Of a DNA stretch of 64,000 nucleotides, positions 1 to 12,500 are shown piece after piece. Both the position numbers and the translations under genes were made by a program. The notes under the pieces were generated by a model. It did no database searches. It saw only the letters and a list, made by a program, of their open reading frames with translations, and was not told where the DNA came from. The stretch is from Amoebophrya sp. A120 (taxonomy: Eukaryota > Protista > Dinoflagellata): assembly GCA_905178155.1 (NCBI GenBank), contig CAJINV010000005.1:306999-370998 (forward strand), written 5' to 3'. Position 1 is the first letter of the stretch, and the number at the start of each line of letters is the position of its first letter.

Positions 1-631
1 TATTGCTGCGTTGCTATGTGTATGTGTCTCTTTCTACACCGCCGTCGTATCGTTTTTCGTTCCGAGCAATGTCTCGTGCAGTACTTGCTTCTTTGCAGAT
101 ATCAGCACAAAATACGAGCGATTTCTTTTCTCGCTGCATTTTCAAACAGGTTAGACATTTGGACTCCCCTTCCCCTCAAGAATTATGATTTTTCCTGAAT
201 TCACTTCTTTCACATAGTTCTCGTTTTCCCCCGAAACAAAAGCCTATCACGAACCGCAATAGAAGTACTGTTTTGCGCATCAACCATAGCTGCAACTCAT
301 CGGGTTTGGGTCCGACTTCGGACTACCGACCGCGGAGGGCAGAAGGGAGCTGCTGTTCCCTTCGGCACGCTGCGGGAGCACAGTCATTACTTCGCATCCC
401 CGTCGGACAAGATGTGGCTTGTATACTCCCGGTTTGTTGTTTTCTGAAACACAATTCACTCACAAGGAAGACAACTCCGAAAGGCTATACGCACGGCCAA
501 TGCACCTTGAACAAGAATTCCCAGTTCGGGAATCGACTACTTACTTCTCATGGATGTCATTTGTGAAGACAGCGTGGACGGAATGGAGGCGACACGGCAG
601 TGAACCAGAGTGCAGAGGCGACGACTAGAAA

Positions 632-3600
632 ATGAATTTGCGCAAGACGAAGGTGAGCCCACCGAGTCCTCGTGACTTCTGCCACGGCCTGCAAAAATTC
701 TGGATCGCCGGAGGGGTGCTATGTTTATCCACGACTTCCTCCGGAGTACACGGGTTTCAGTACTCTACTGCGCGCCAGAAGAGCGCGAGGAGCGCGAGGA
801 CTGCCACCGGCGCAAATGGAGGCAGTAGAGCCAAAACTGTCGCTGAAACGAAGGTGCGAAGCCCCACAAGACACAGCGGGGTAGCCCGAGAGAGCAGCAC
901 AACTGGGGCGATACTTTTGGAAAACGGAGGGCAAGACGACGAAACTGGTTATAACCCTAGTAGAAAGTCGTGGTCAACAACATCTCAGTGGCACGGGGAC
1001 GATCTGATAGATCGGAAAGCCGATAAGCAGGAAGATGAAGCGGACACGTTTTTGCAGGAGAAGCGGTTGGTTGTTTCAAGCAAGACTACTCCGGATCCGG
1101 TGAACGGGCCTTTCCCAACCGCGTCGGGGATAAGCGTGTCGTGCGAGGCCTCGATTTTCGCGAAAGGCGACTGGCAATGGGAGACCGAGAAAGACTGCAC
1201 AGAAGGCAACGCCAATTTGGAGACAAAACTTTTTTGCAACTTTGCTTGCGGTAACTGGGAATATCTGAATGGTAAGTCGAAATGCGACTTCCATGAACCG
1301 ACTCAGTGGCAAAGCCACGAGCTGCGGGCGTGCAAAGTGGAAGCCCCCGCCGACGCGCCGAATAAATACGAAGGCCACTGCTGCAAGTACCAAAACATAG
1401 AGAAGTCCGGCGAGGACATCCGAATGTTCATAAGCGACCATTCACCTGATCCTGAAAATGATGTTGACAATGGCTTCGAGTGTAGACGCCTCGGGCGAAT
1501 TCAGGCAGAGATGCGAAAGCAGGGACAGGACACGCATTTTGGTGTCGCAACTGAAGTTGTCGATGGCGCTCGACAAGAATACAGCTGCGTTGCAGTGCCT
1601 CAGTCTTGCTTAGAATCAGAGGCAAGTGGGCCTGGTGGTACCGCCCCCTGCAGCGCAGCAGGTGCGTGCGACTTCTGCAGCACCGATTCCAGCCAAGGTG
1701 CTTGTTGCAAAAAAGGAGAGACGTACGAGGACGGCCACGTTTGCAACGATATCAAATCTCAAAAGTGTTGCCGCTACTGCTTTTCGTGGCTTTGGATATC
1801 ATGTATCGATTTTTGAAACAGGCGAAATTGATAATTTTTACTGATCTTAATAGCGGCCACCAAACAAGCATGTGTCAGTGTTTCGTAATTTCCAAAGGTG
1901 GTGGACCTGTGCAGCCGATTAGGAGCACGAACTCCGTCAGGGCGGTAGTTACACTTTTGGTTTTGATACACCACCAATCGCTGTCATTCGCCTTCGCAGA
2001 CAAGATCGATGACGCCAATCTGCATTTCCACGAGTGTGTCTTCCTGCCGGGTGAAGAGCCAGTGCCAGCAGAGCCAGAGCCATTGAATTGCACGTGCGCG
2101 AACGGAAACGCCACCGACGCCTGCACATCTGACGCAGTCCAGTCATGTAAAGAATCCGAATGCGATGAGAACTACAGATTTTGGGCTGGCTGGCCGGCAG
2201 ACGCTAGTGTGGCGGTTCAAAACGGGTGCAGACCCACCTGCAGGGGTATTTCAGGCTGCGACGAACAGGACGCTGATGGTGCTTACTACGTGCGGCGGCC
2301 CGATGCCGCCGTGTGCCCACGCCTCTCGGACGAAGTTGCGTTGGGTGATACTTTCCCAGAGGACGCATGCAAAACAGCCTGCTGTCAGCTAGGTTGTAAG
2401 GAACCCTCAGCGGAACTAGCAGAGAGGTATTTGTTGTTTGAGCGCTATTTTCATAGAGATCATACTGCTCGTCCAGTTTTTACGACGGTTTTGCTGTGCG
2501 ATGCATATAGGTTCTTTTTGAACAGAGCTTTAGTGTCTTATGTCTCAAAGAAATGCGAGTTTTTCTCTTTCTCTTTGGTATTGATACTCAATTCGAAACA
2601 CGGAATAACTGCAACTCGAAATCACAAATAGGCTTGATTTGGGATCTATGGAGTGGAAGGCCATTCTTGCAAACGAGAACATGCCCCCGGGCATGCCAGA
2701 ACAAGACGCCATCGGCCACGTCGGCGTGACTTGCAATACCGCGGCATGGCAGGGCGACGACCCAAAGTTCTATTGCGCAGCCGCCGGTAACGAGATACAG
2801 TTTACTGGCTGCGACCAGGAGGTGATTCCGCTGGTGACGCTGAGGTTCGAAATGAAGCTCAATTACACGACGACGGACGTCGGCGGTTCCTCCAGGACAT
2901 TGGCGGACGTGCTTGACTTGGAGGCTTTCAAGACGGCGGTTAAAACTGGCGTAGCTGCCTTTCTGAACGATGCACTACTTGACGGCTCCTCCTTCACGGA
3001 GTCGATAACTGCCGACACAATCGAGATGGTAGAAATAACAGAGAAAGTAGTTGAAGGGGGGGACGCTGGTAGTGGTGGTGCCTCTTCCTTCTTGGTCGTG
3101 GGACGCACCGCCGAGAGTGCTGGACGAATAGACGAGGAGCAGCACGCACAAGCACAGTCCGAAACGCCAGAATGTGGGTTGGACACGTTTGAGAGATGTA
3201 CGCAGCCACAAGGGGGATATGTGCACGGTCCGGCCTGGCAATACGACTACAGCAATCACACGGCAGTAGTTGCGGAGGACTGCAGCTGCCCGACAGGCAC
3301 GAGTTGCTTCATAAAAGCTGCGGCTGAATACGGGGCGTGCTTTGCAAATCGCGCACAGTGCATGTCGGAGGTGTCCCTGTCGGACTTCAAGACCTATTGC
3401 GAGGAGAACTTTGACCAGGAGTACCGCTCGGGGTGCGGGAGTCCGTGGTTGTGCCAAACTATTGACGAGTACAACGCCTGCCTGGACAATCCAAGCAATG
3501 CCGGCTGCAGCCAGAGCCCGCCCCCGCCCGCGCCGGCACTGGAGGCGGTTGCACCGGAAAACGAGGCTGTGGTACTGGTGACGTTTGGGGTGCGGTTCCA

Positions 3601-6600
3601 AAGCGCAGACGACAAAGCCCTACTCGAGGCGAATTGGAATACTACCAAGATGGAGCCACTGGGCATGGACCAAGTTGCGAAGGCCGCGGACCTCCACACA
3701 GCTGTGGTGGCTGCGGTCTCCGAGGAAACCAGCTCGGAGCTGACCGGGGTGGAAATAAACCCCGATTCCACGACTCTGACGATCACGACATTAGCCGATG
3801 CCCCGGACTGTCTTTGCGCGAACGGCGACGTCGTGGCTGGATCCAAGTGCAGCGAGGACGCGCCGCAGAATTGCGACCCCGGAAAATGCGCTCTTCATTA
3901 CGTGCACAAGCCAGGGTGGCCCAGCGCCGCCCAAAACGGTTGCTTTCCGACCTGCGGTCTCGTGGATGCTTGCACGCAACCGGGCAGTGGGGCGAATGAG
4001 GCGTACAAAGTTCAGCTGGACAGCAACGAGGAGTGTCCAGAACTGTCGGACTGCCAGGGAACCTGCTGCGTTGACGGCTGCAAGGCTCCAACCGATCTCG
4101 CCGTGTTGGGCACGTACTAGCATATTGAAATTTTGGTTTTTTCTGGCTCATTAGTCCTCCAATTTTGCAAGGATGTTCAATCAAGGCCACTAAAATATAT
4201 GCGCTTTGCAATTCTCTTTCAAATTTTTCAATTTATCACGACTACTACAGGCTCAGCGAGATACTGGAAGGTTCTTGGGAAGCCTTACTGAGTTCGCCGA
4301 GTATGCGTCCCGGTGCGGTGGGGATCGGGAACGATTTATTCAGTTGCAACCTGACCCATTTCGAGGGTACGCCCAAATTTCGGTGCGACGTTCCGGGGGA
4401 GGCGGTGAACGTGACGGGCTGTACGGCGACCACCACAACACCGCCGGTGCAGGTGGCACTCTATAAGGGTTTTGACCTGTATGTGACAGCCAGCGACGCC
4501 AGCATAGAATCAGAGGACGCGGACACGCAAGCGGCACTAGTGAGTTTTTTACAGCAATCGCTTGCAAAGTTCTTCACGGAACACGGAACGGAAGAGGGGA
4601 TTGTTATCGACACGGACCAGATGGAAGGGTTGAGGGCTACGGTCAAGGAGAAGAACGCAACCACCGAGGTGCTCTTTCTCGAGGTCACCTTTGCGCTCCG
4701 CGTTGACGAGGCGCAGGAGGCCAACGTCAGTAGCGTGTGGGATGCGGACGACGATGCGCTGCCCGCTAAGTTAAAAGATATCTTAATTGATTCGGAGCAG
4801 AGTCGTGGATTGATGGCGGCAGCGAAAATTGCTAGCATCGAGAGAACAGTTGTGTGGGAGGTCGCGGGTTGCCGCGATTTCGAACGGGTGTGTCAAGAGA
4901 ATCAATGCGGGTCGCAACTCGATCTCGATTCGGAACATGCAACGGAGTACTACAGCAAAATAAGTAGCCCGGAGAACGTGGCAGTCGTCAGGGGAAACTT
5001 AACTTCCGGAGAAGTTGTAGGGGCGGTCGTCACTGCCTGCTGCTATCCGCCCTCGGAGAGCGAAACCGTATGCGAAGCCACTACGAGTTCTACCACCACT
5101 ACCACGACAACGACTACGACTGTCACAGAGATCCCCGCACTGACGGTGAGTGGCAACCAAGACGTCACGCTGTCTTGCCCGGGCTGTGGCGACAAGGTCC
5201 CGCTGTATTGCTACGACGTCTGCGGCCAGACCTCCTGGGCCTGGGCGAACTGTGAGGACACACCCATGCAATGCATCGTAAGCGACAGAATCAATTACGT
5301 CGGCGCGTGTTGCAAATACGAGCGAGACAACAAGCGGTACGAGGAGCCCAACGCCAATTGGGATCAGAACACGAACTACGCGACGTCGAATCGGGCGGCC
5401 TGCAACGTTCTAGGCTCACTAGTAAACCACGGAGCAGACTACGGCGTGACGGATGCCTATCTAAACAGCCCCGCCCCACGAGATGACTATTCTTGTGTGG
5501 CGATGCCACGGTGGATATTGAAAATGTACGAAGCGGCGCATAACCCGTGCCGAGGCGTGCTGGCGACTTGCACGGAACCGGGGGTACGCTGTGACGATTG
5601 TCCGCGCGACGATACTGGCGCAGGTCGGGAAAGGGTCTGCTGCAAGAAGGGGGCCACGGAGGGCCTCTGCGGTGACGCCGAGCGGCAGAACGTCCCGTTT
5701 CCTTTTGCCGATAAAATTGCCGACCCGACTTGGTATGAGCCCGAGTGCGTCTTGATGCACACCACCACCACTACCACCACCACCACCAGCACCGCGGAAG
5801 AAACAGCGACAACGACGTCAGCGGGGAGTGGGGAAGGCGCGTCGACTACAGCTGCTCCACCAGGCACCTCGACGGAGAGCATTTCTGACGAAATGACCAC
5901 GACAACCACCTCGACCACTGCTACTGCGGCCGCGGGAGATGAAGCCACCGACGAGGAGGGCATGATCATTCTCCTGGCCGTATCACGCGGAAAAAAGCTA
6001 GTCTAGCAGGTTACTTAGTTCGTTTGTGAAAAGTTTGCGAAGACAAAAATAGCACAAGAAAATTTTGGATAATGTATCCATTCCGCGCGCGGCGCACGCT
6101 CGTTCGCGTGTTGCTTAGACGACGCAAGCGAGGATTTGTGCTGGTGCACTAAATTTTTCTACAAATAGGTCCAGTACAAGAAAAGTATGTTATGCGCGGC
6201 TAGCTTTTTTTTCTGCGGGATAGGCGGCGAGCGGCGTGGTGATTTTACTGCTGGGCGTGGTGGTGATTGCGTGGTTGTTCGTGCGGGCCGCGGCCGCGGC
6301 GGACGAGGAGGGCACCGAAACCGAGGGGGAGCCGGAGTCCATGCGGGAAAAGGCCAAGAAGATGACGCGGCCGAGCTTCGTGCAGGTGTTCAACATCCAC
6401 GGTTCGGGAGACACGTCCGTGCATGTCTCGGACACGTCCGTGCACGAGAAGGCGCCAACGCAGGTGGAGGAGACGTTCGAGAGCGACAAAATGGGCAGCA
6501 TGGCGGCGCGGAACACGGCATCCAAGAAGTCCTCCAATTTATCAAGTGCAAAAATGTCTGGGTCTGGAAGATTGCAAGTTTGTCATGCTTGTCTGGCATG

Positions 6601-8236
6601 ACTCGAGAATCTGTATTGCATAGGCACGAAAATGCCTTCTTACCTGTCATGCAAGAACGCAGTTTGCCATGCGGAATACGTAAGACATGGGAGCCAAAAA
6701 GTTTGTTATGCATAGATGCGTATTGCAGTGCGTCTACCATTCACTTTTGGCATTACAAGTTGCCAGACCCAGACATATTTGCAATCCATACCAGGCCGCG
6801 GAATACGACGCGGACGGGAACCCGCTGAGCAGCAGCAAGGCCCCGGACTCGAAGACGGGCTTCGTCGCCAGCAGCGGGGTCAACGACAAGGTGCCCGCGG
6901 GCGCCACGGACTTCCTGTCGCGGGTATCCCAGGCGGCGGCGGCCGCGCATCCCGACAAGGCGCCGGCGGACGGCGGGCGGAAGTCCATGGCGCAACTGGT
7001 CCTGGAACAGGAACATCAGGGGACCACGTCGAACAAGAAAGAGAACAAAGATGCCACCAACAACGAGTCGAGTCACGCCCGGAAGTCGATGGCGCAGTTG
7101 GTCATTGAGGAGCACGCCAAGCAGTCCACGGACGACGAAGAGGAGGACGTGCAGTCGTTCGCGCCCGGGCACGCCCCGCCCGCCGCGGCTTACCAGAGCG
7201 CCGCCACCGCTACCCCGATCCTCTCGCAGGGCAGCCGCATGAGCGACGGCGGGGGCGTCCAATCCCTGTCGGAAAAGAAGCACGACCCCTCGATTGACGA
7301 TCCCATAGGCGAGCTGGTCAAAACCAAGGAAAAGCTACCTCGTCGAAAACTACCGCATGTCTTCAACAAACTGGGGCCTTCAATAATATTTCGGCTAAAG
7401 AGCCATGACCTGTTTATGCTTTTTCTATTGCTATTTTTTATTTTTTGCATTCAATTATGTGCGGCGCAGTCGCACTAAGCGGCTGTGGGAAATTATATAC
7501 GGGTTGCCACAGATCGTCATCGTCACCGGTCTTGTGTTATACTACCGCCTGCTCGCCCGTTCTGGCCGGGTGGTGAAAGATGGTAGATAGTACCGCTGAA
7601 GTTTTCTTATCCTGCTACTTGGTTCCCCTAATAGAATAAGCTTGGGCATGAGGAGCAAATGGTGGCTGCGGCGATCATCAAACTAGATTTGTTGACACTT
7701 TGATCATGTAAAAGGCCCCAGGAAAGCGAGAAGAGTAGTTTTCACGCGCATAACCGCCGGGGGAGAACGTGCAGGATACCATCGCGAACGTCACTACAAG
7801 CGCACAGCAAGCGTCCGCCAACGTCGCTGCGTCAGCCAAGTCCTCGCGCAAGTCCTCGCGCGAATCGGAGGAGTCGCACGACAATGATAGTCAGGGCAAG
7901 GAGAAAGGAAACCATAAAGTAGACGGAAAGCAGGAGAAGAAGAAGGATCCAGCCGCGCAGAAAAAGAAAAAGGACGCTGCTGCGTCCCATAACTTAACTC
8001 GGTTCGACGACGGAGAAAAAGATACCGACTCGGACAAGAAAGAAAAACAAGCAGAAAAGCACAAAGAGACTAAGGAGAAGCATAAAGACAAGGACAAAAA
8101 GAAGAGCAAAGACAAGGAACTGAAGGACAAAAAGAAAAAGGCCGCAGATGCGTCCGGCAAAAGTGGCCACTTGAAGCCGGCGCGACTGCCGAGCGTGATA
8201 ACGAACAAAGGCCACTCGTCGGACGACCGTGAGTGA
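632..8236 (+). CDS. Large Cys-rich type I membrane/surface protein (7 exons), paralog of the gene at 9516
   Basis: ORF pieces join in frame after removing TIR elements at 1750, 2428, 5981, 6540 and 7336 (each +5 nt) and a GT-AG intron at 4114-4250. Contains repeated Cys modules (GACCK...FxFAD...ECV), Thr-rich linkers, a TM helix (IILLAASGVVILLLGVVVIAWLF) and a Lys/Glu-rich tail. Start codon uncertain. Confidence 0.75.
1750..1968. mobile_element. Degenerate TIR introner (TAT...ATA)
   Basis: Left TATCAAATCTCAAAAGTGT pairs with right ACACTTTTGGTTTTGATA. Flanks AACGA/CACCA. Removal +5 nt gives in-frame HVCND-QSLSFAFAD. Confidence 0.7.
2428..2630. mobile_element. Degenerate TIR introner (also readable as GT-AG intron 2427-2631)
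   Basis: TATTTGTTGTTTGAG vs CTCGAAATCACAAATA imperfect inverted repeat. Frame is restored by either boundary choice. Confidence 0.6.
5981..6222. mobile_element. TIR introner, family C
   Basis: TATCACGCGGAAAAAAGCTAG ... CTAGCTTTTTTTTCTGCGGGATA. TSD GGCCG/GGCGG. Splits the TM helix. Confidence 0.85.
6540..6790. mobile_element. TIR introner, family A
   Basis: TATCAAGTGCAAAAATGTCTGGGTCTGG ... CCAGACCCAGACATATTTGCAATCCATA. Flanks diverged (CAATT/CCAGG). Removal +5 nt keeps frame. Confidence 0.88.
7336..7752. mobile_element. Degenerate TIR introner (TAC...ATA)
   Basis: TACCTCGTCGAAAACTAC vs GTAGTTTTCACGCGCATA. Flanks AAAGC/ACCGC. Join KEK-PGENVQDT is in frame. Confidence 0.65.
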
Positions 8237-9515
8237 AGCGCTTGGAGGGGCGCTACGGCTTCTTGTCTTTTGCTAGATAGGTATAGATTTTTCATCACAC
8301 CGCTATAAAAACACACTGTTTTTCTCGAAAAACAGATAAGTATAGGTCTTTGACATTTTTTTTTACCACTTTTTTTTACCACTTTCTTACCGTATGCGGA
8401 TAGCGCATTATCGTTCTTTGTACGGTACACTTTTACGATTTATCTCCCGCTCGGCTCAGCATGATATTGTTTCTGACCCATATTAATTGTAGAACGACTG
8501 AAAAAGCTGAAGCAAGCCGCAACAAGAACGAGCACGAGATCTCCCTTAGACATTGTCCCTCGCTGGAATTAAACCACTTTCCCCCAGAGAACGAGCACTG
8601 TTTAGTCATATGCTTTTGGTTTTATTAGGTCTACATGCTGCGCGTACGGCGTGTGGTTTGTGTGTTTCGTTGTCTGGTCGACGTGCTTTTGCTCGCAGAG
8701 CCGTCTTGCCCTTGTGTTTGTAGCTTCTCGGTCCTTGTTTATGATGAATGCACTGGACTACGGATATGCAACGCGTTTCTTTCTCGAGACCTTGCCCGCA
8801 CTCCATCGGTTTCGTACCATCGTCCGTCTTCGTCCCACTACGTCGACTTTGCATACGACAGGGTACGTGCAATTTTAGCATGATCGTTTTCATTCCTGCC
8901 TCGTCCTTTTCCAGAGTAATGTCGCGACATCGGTTTGCTTCGGTTGTATCTATCGGCGCCACGACCGGTTGTAACAACGTCGTTCTGTCGGTGCATCTCT
9001 CGTCATCGTTGCGTCCTACACTGTCGTGCAACCATGGTTCGGCTGTAGCGCAAAGCCGACTTTTCGTTTTGCGTGTTGGAAAACCAAAGTAGAAACTTTT
9101 GAAGTGTTTTCCCTACAACATTGATTTGAACAGGATAAAAAGGAGCGCACAGGCTCCCCTTAGCATCTTCCCCAATTGCAATTTGAGTTGATTACTTGCC
9201 CCCCAAGTAGCTGATGCTCTTGCCAAATTCATGTATTTGCCCTGATATTCAGAACTAGAATTTGTAAAAATGTGAAATTTTCTTTGCTTTTTACTGTGCT
9301 TTCCCTATAAGTGACGAACAAAACAACAAGAAGTATCCGGCGAATCAGAGTACCTGCGTTCTTGCACTTGTGGCTCACCACAGCTACGACGTGTTTAATA
9401 CCGTGATGCGCGTCGCCAGCAAACCGAGCATGCTGGAAGTCTTCATTGACGGGCGACGCTGACAACTCTGATAGAAGCAATACGAAGGACGAATCTGTCG
9501 GGAAAAACGACAAAC

Positions 9516-12500
9516 ATGGAAGAATCACTCCACACCTGCTTCGGAGGCTTCACGGGTTCTTCGCCCGAGGCGCGCGTCAGCGGTTTGCCATCGGCGCAGG
9601 CGCAAGAGCCCCCGACTAGACAAGCAAGAGCCTGCATTTTTTACAGAATTTGTTCCAGTACGACTGGCGGTACTAGGCTAACAGCACCCGCCGTCGCTGT
9701 TCCACCCTCCACCGCTACCGGAACGGCGATTTTCAGCCGCGACAGACGATGTCACAGGAAGCACGAGGAACCAACTGGAGGACCTTCATCGCGATCCTCG
9801 CTGTTGCAGCTCTCCCGAGCGGTCGTACTTTTTTTCAGCAGCGACAGTTATCTTCCCGTTGTATCCGGTTTTCAGTTCGTACCGCGAAAGGACCGCGGAG
9901 ATAGGACGAGCCAGGGTACTTCTAAAAAGATGAGTGCACTGCAAAAGAAAATCGTAGCAAAGAGGAACACCACCTCCAAGCGTCGTGCTGGTCCTGGTTT
10001 TGGTACAGCTTTTATTCATACCGGACCCGGAACAACGGAAGCGACTGCAATAGCACGGAGGACGACCAGTAGTTCGGGAGAACAAAAGAGTCGTGGTAGC
10101 CCCTCTACAACGAGAGAAGATTCAAGAGGAGGTTCTTCCACTACAGAGGCAGGTTCTCATCCTCGCAGACCAACTGCAACAGTATCTTCGGGGGCGAGTC
10201 ATGATGATTTCGGGTTGATGTCAAAGTCAGAAGGTGAGCAAGACCTACGCCAAGAAGGGGATAATCTGTCTACAGACGACGAACAGGACGTGGTTCTCAG
10301 TCTGGTGCAAGAAGGTCAGCAAGAAGGATTACTTTCTGCGGAGCAGCGTAAAGAGAAAGACCGGCCTTCCGACGGCGCGACCGAAAGCCAGAGGAATAGA
10401 GGTCTTAGCAGCCGTGAGCGCAATAGTATAGTCGAAAAAGAAAAACGGCACGATTCTTCCTTGCCTCCGTTCATCTCGTCCGGAAATAAAAGCGGCACAG
10501 CTACTACTTCTGCTGACCTGGTGCACGACGACAGTGATGGGGCCAGTTTGTCGGAACGGGGTAGCAGGAGTTATATGCAGCTGGACCTTGTGTCTCAGAA
10601 AAGAGATCAAACGACAGCGTCGACTTCAGGAGCCGCGGGGAGAGACGACGGAAAATTCATGTCACGATCCCTTGCGGCTAGGGGTCTGGTAGAAGAAGTG
10701 AAACTACGGCGAGAAAAGAAAGCCATCATCTCGCAAGCAGAACTAGAAGAGCCGGGTGCGGCGCAAGACAAAAAGATTTTTCCCCACGACCTACGGAACG
10801 GAGACCCGCTTCAGGATGACTTTGACATAGACGAAGACGGCGCGGGCGGCGATGATTATAGCACTTTGGAAGTCGAGGAACGACACGTCGAAGAGCAGAA
10901 GCGGCTCGTGTCTCCCGTCTCGTCCCGCCCTTCGGTGCCGGACAGCGACCATTTTTTAACGTCAAAGGATTTTTTCTTGCAAAGCAGGGAGGTGCAGCAG
11001 GAACCATGGTGGTGGCGGCCCCAGCCACAGCAAGAATCGCAAGCACAGTCCGAAGCGAAAGTATGTGGGTTGGACATTTTTGACAGATGTACGCAGCCAC
11101 AAGGGGGATGGGAGGAGGATGAGGACTACGACTACAGCAGTTACAAGGCAGAAGTCACCACGGAATGCAGCTGCCCGACAGGCACGAGTTGCTTTTTGAA
11201 AGGCGGGGCCGAGTTCGGGGTGTGCTATGAAAATCGCGAACAGTGCATGTCGAAGATGCCGGAATTCAAGGCCTATTGCGAGGTGAACTTTGACCCGAAG
11301 TACCACGAGGGGTGCGGGAGTCCGTGGTTGTGCCAAACTATTGACGAGTACAACGCCTGCCTGGAGAATCCAAACAAAGACGGCTGCAACCTGCCGGCAT
11401 TGGATCTCAACGTGCAACTCGGCTGCCAAGCGGCGGACGGGAGCGATTGCACGACAGCGGGCGGGGGGCCGTTAGACTGCTACAGTAAGTGTGGCCAGTA
11501 TTGGCATTTGAACTACTCTACGATTTGCAAAAGGGTCCTGCTCGTCGGTAAAAACAGCGAAGTAGCAGTTGTACTGGGTGAGCATGTTGACTTGTTTTTT
11601 TGCATTAGGTGGTCATGCTAGTTTAGTAGATTCTTACGCGGCTTCTTGCATGTTTACTTTTATGGGGAAGTGCAAGTGTGTCGCAAACGCTTCAATGCGC
11701 GTCGCGTGCTCAGGGAACTTACTCTGACGCACAGATTTTTCGCCCGTGACGATGTGTGCCGACTGAGTCTGCGAGGTATGATGTTCTTACAAAGAAAATC
11801 AACAAAAAGCGTCCACGTTTCTCACGCTGGAAACTCAGCGAGAGCCACGTGGTCCTCGAACTACGCATGCTGTTGGCACGACGCAACAGGGACACTTTTG
11901 CCCACGATACACCGTGGAGAATGCGACGGCTCACGTTGTAGCAGGAGAGAAACCACATTCAACGCCTGCAGCGCGTCGGCCCCCGTGGGTGCACCGAACA
12001 AGTACATCGGAGCCTGTTGCAAATACGATTCCGGTGCGGCTGCAATAATAAAAATACACACAGACGAGTATGGCACTACATATCAGACCGGCTGCGGCCA
12101 TCTCGTCGACGTGCAAGCCGCCACGGGCTTGCCCACCCTCGGGACCGATCCGCAAGCCATGGGTGGGCTATCCGGGCAGCCGAATGTGTGCATGGCCATC
12201 CCTGATTCGTGCGAGTCGGAGTGCGGCGGGCACGGCGGGGTGTGCGAGTTCTGCAACCCTGGGGACGGCACACAGGGCGCGTGCTGCAAGAAGTCCAAGA
12301 CCGACGAGCAAAACACGCCGGAAGGAAATCCATGCAATGCTCAGTTCTCGAACGGCATGGTCTTTCCGTTCGCCGACAACATGCCTAACAATTCTGACCT
12401 GTGGAAGCACGAGTGCGTGGTGGTTCCCGGAATCATGTTGTATGAAAGTGGACAACTCTACTACTTCGTCCCCGGTCCCCTTATTCGTGATGCAAAGTGC

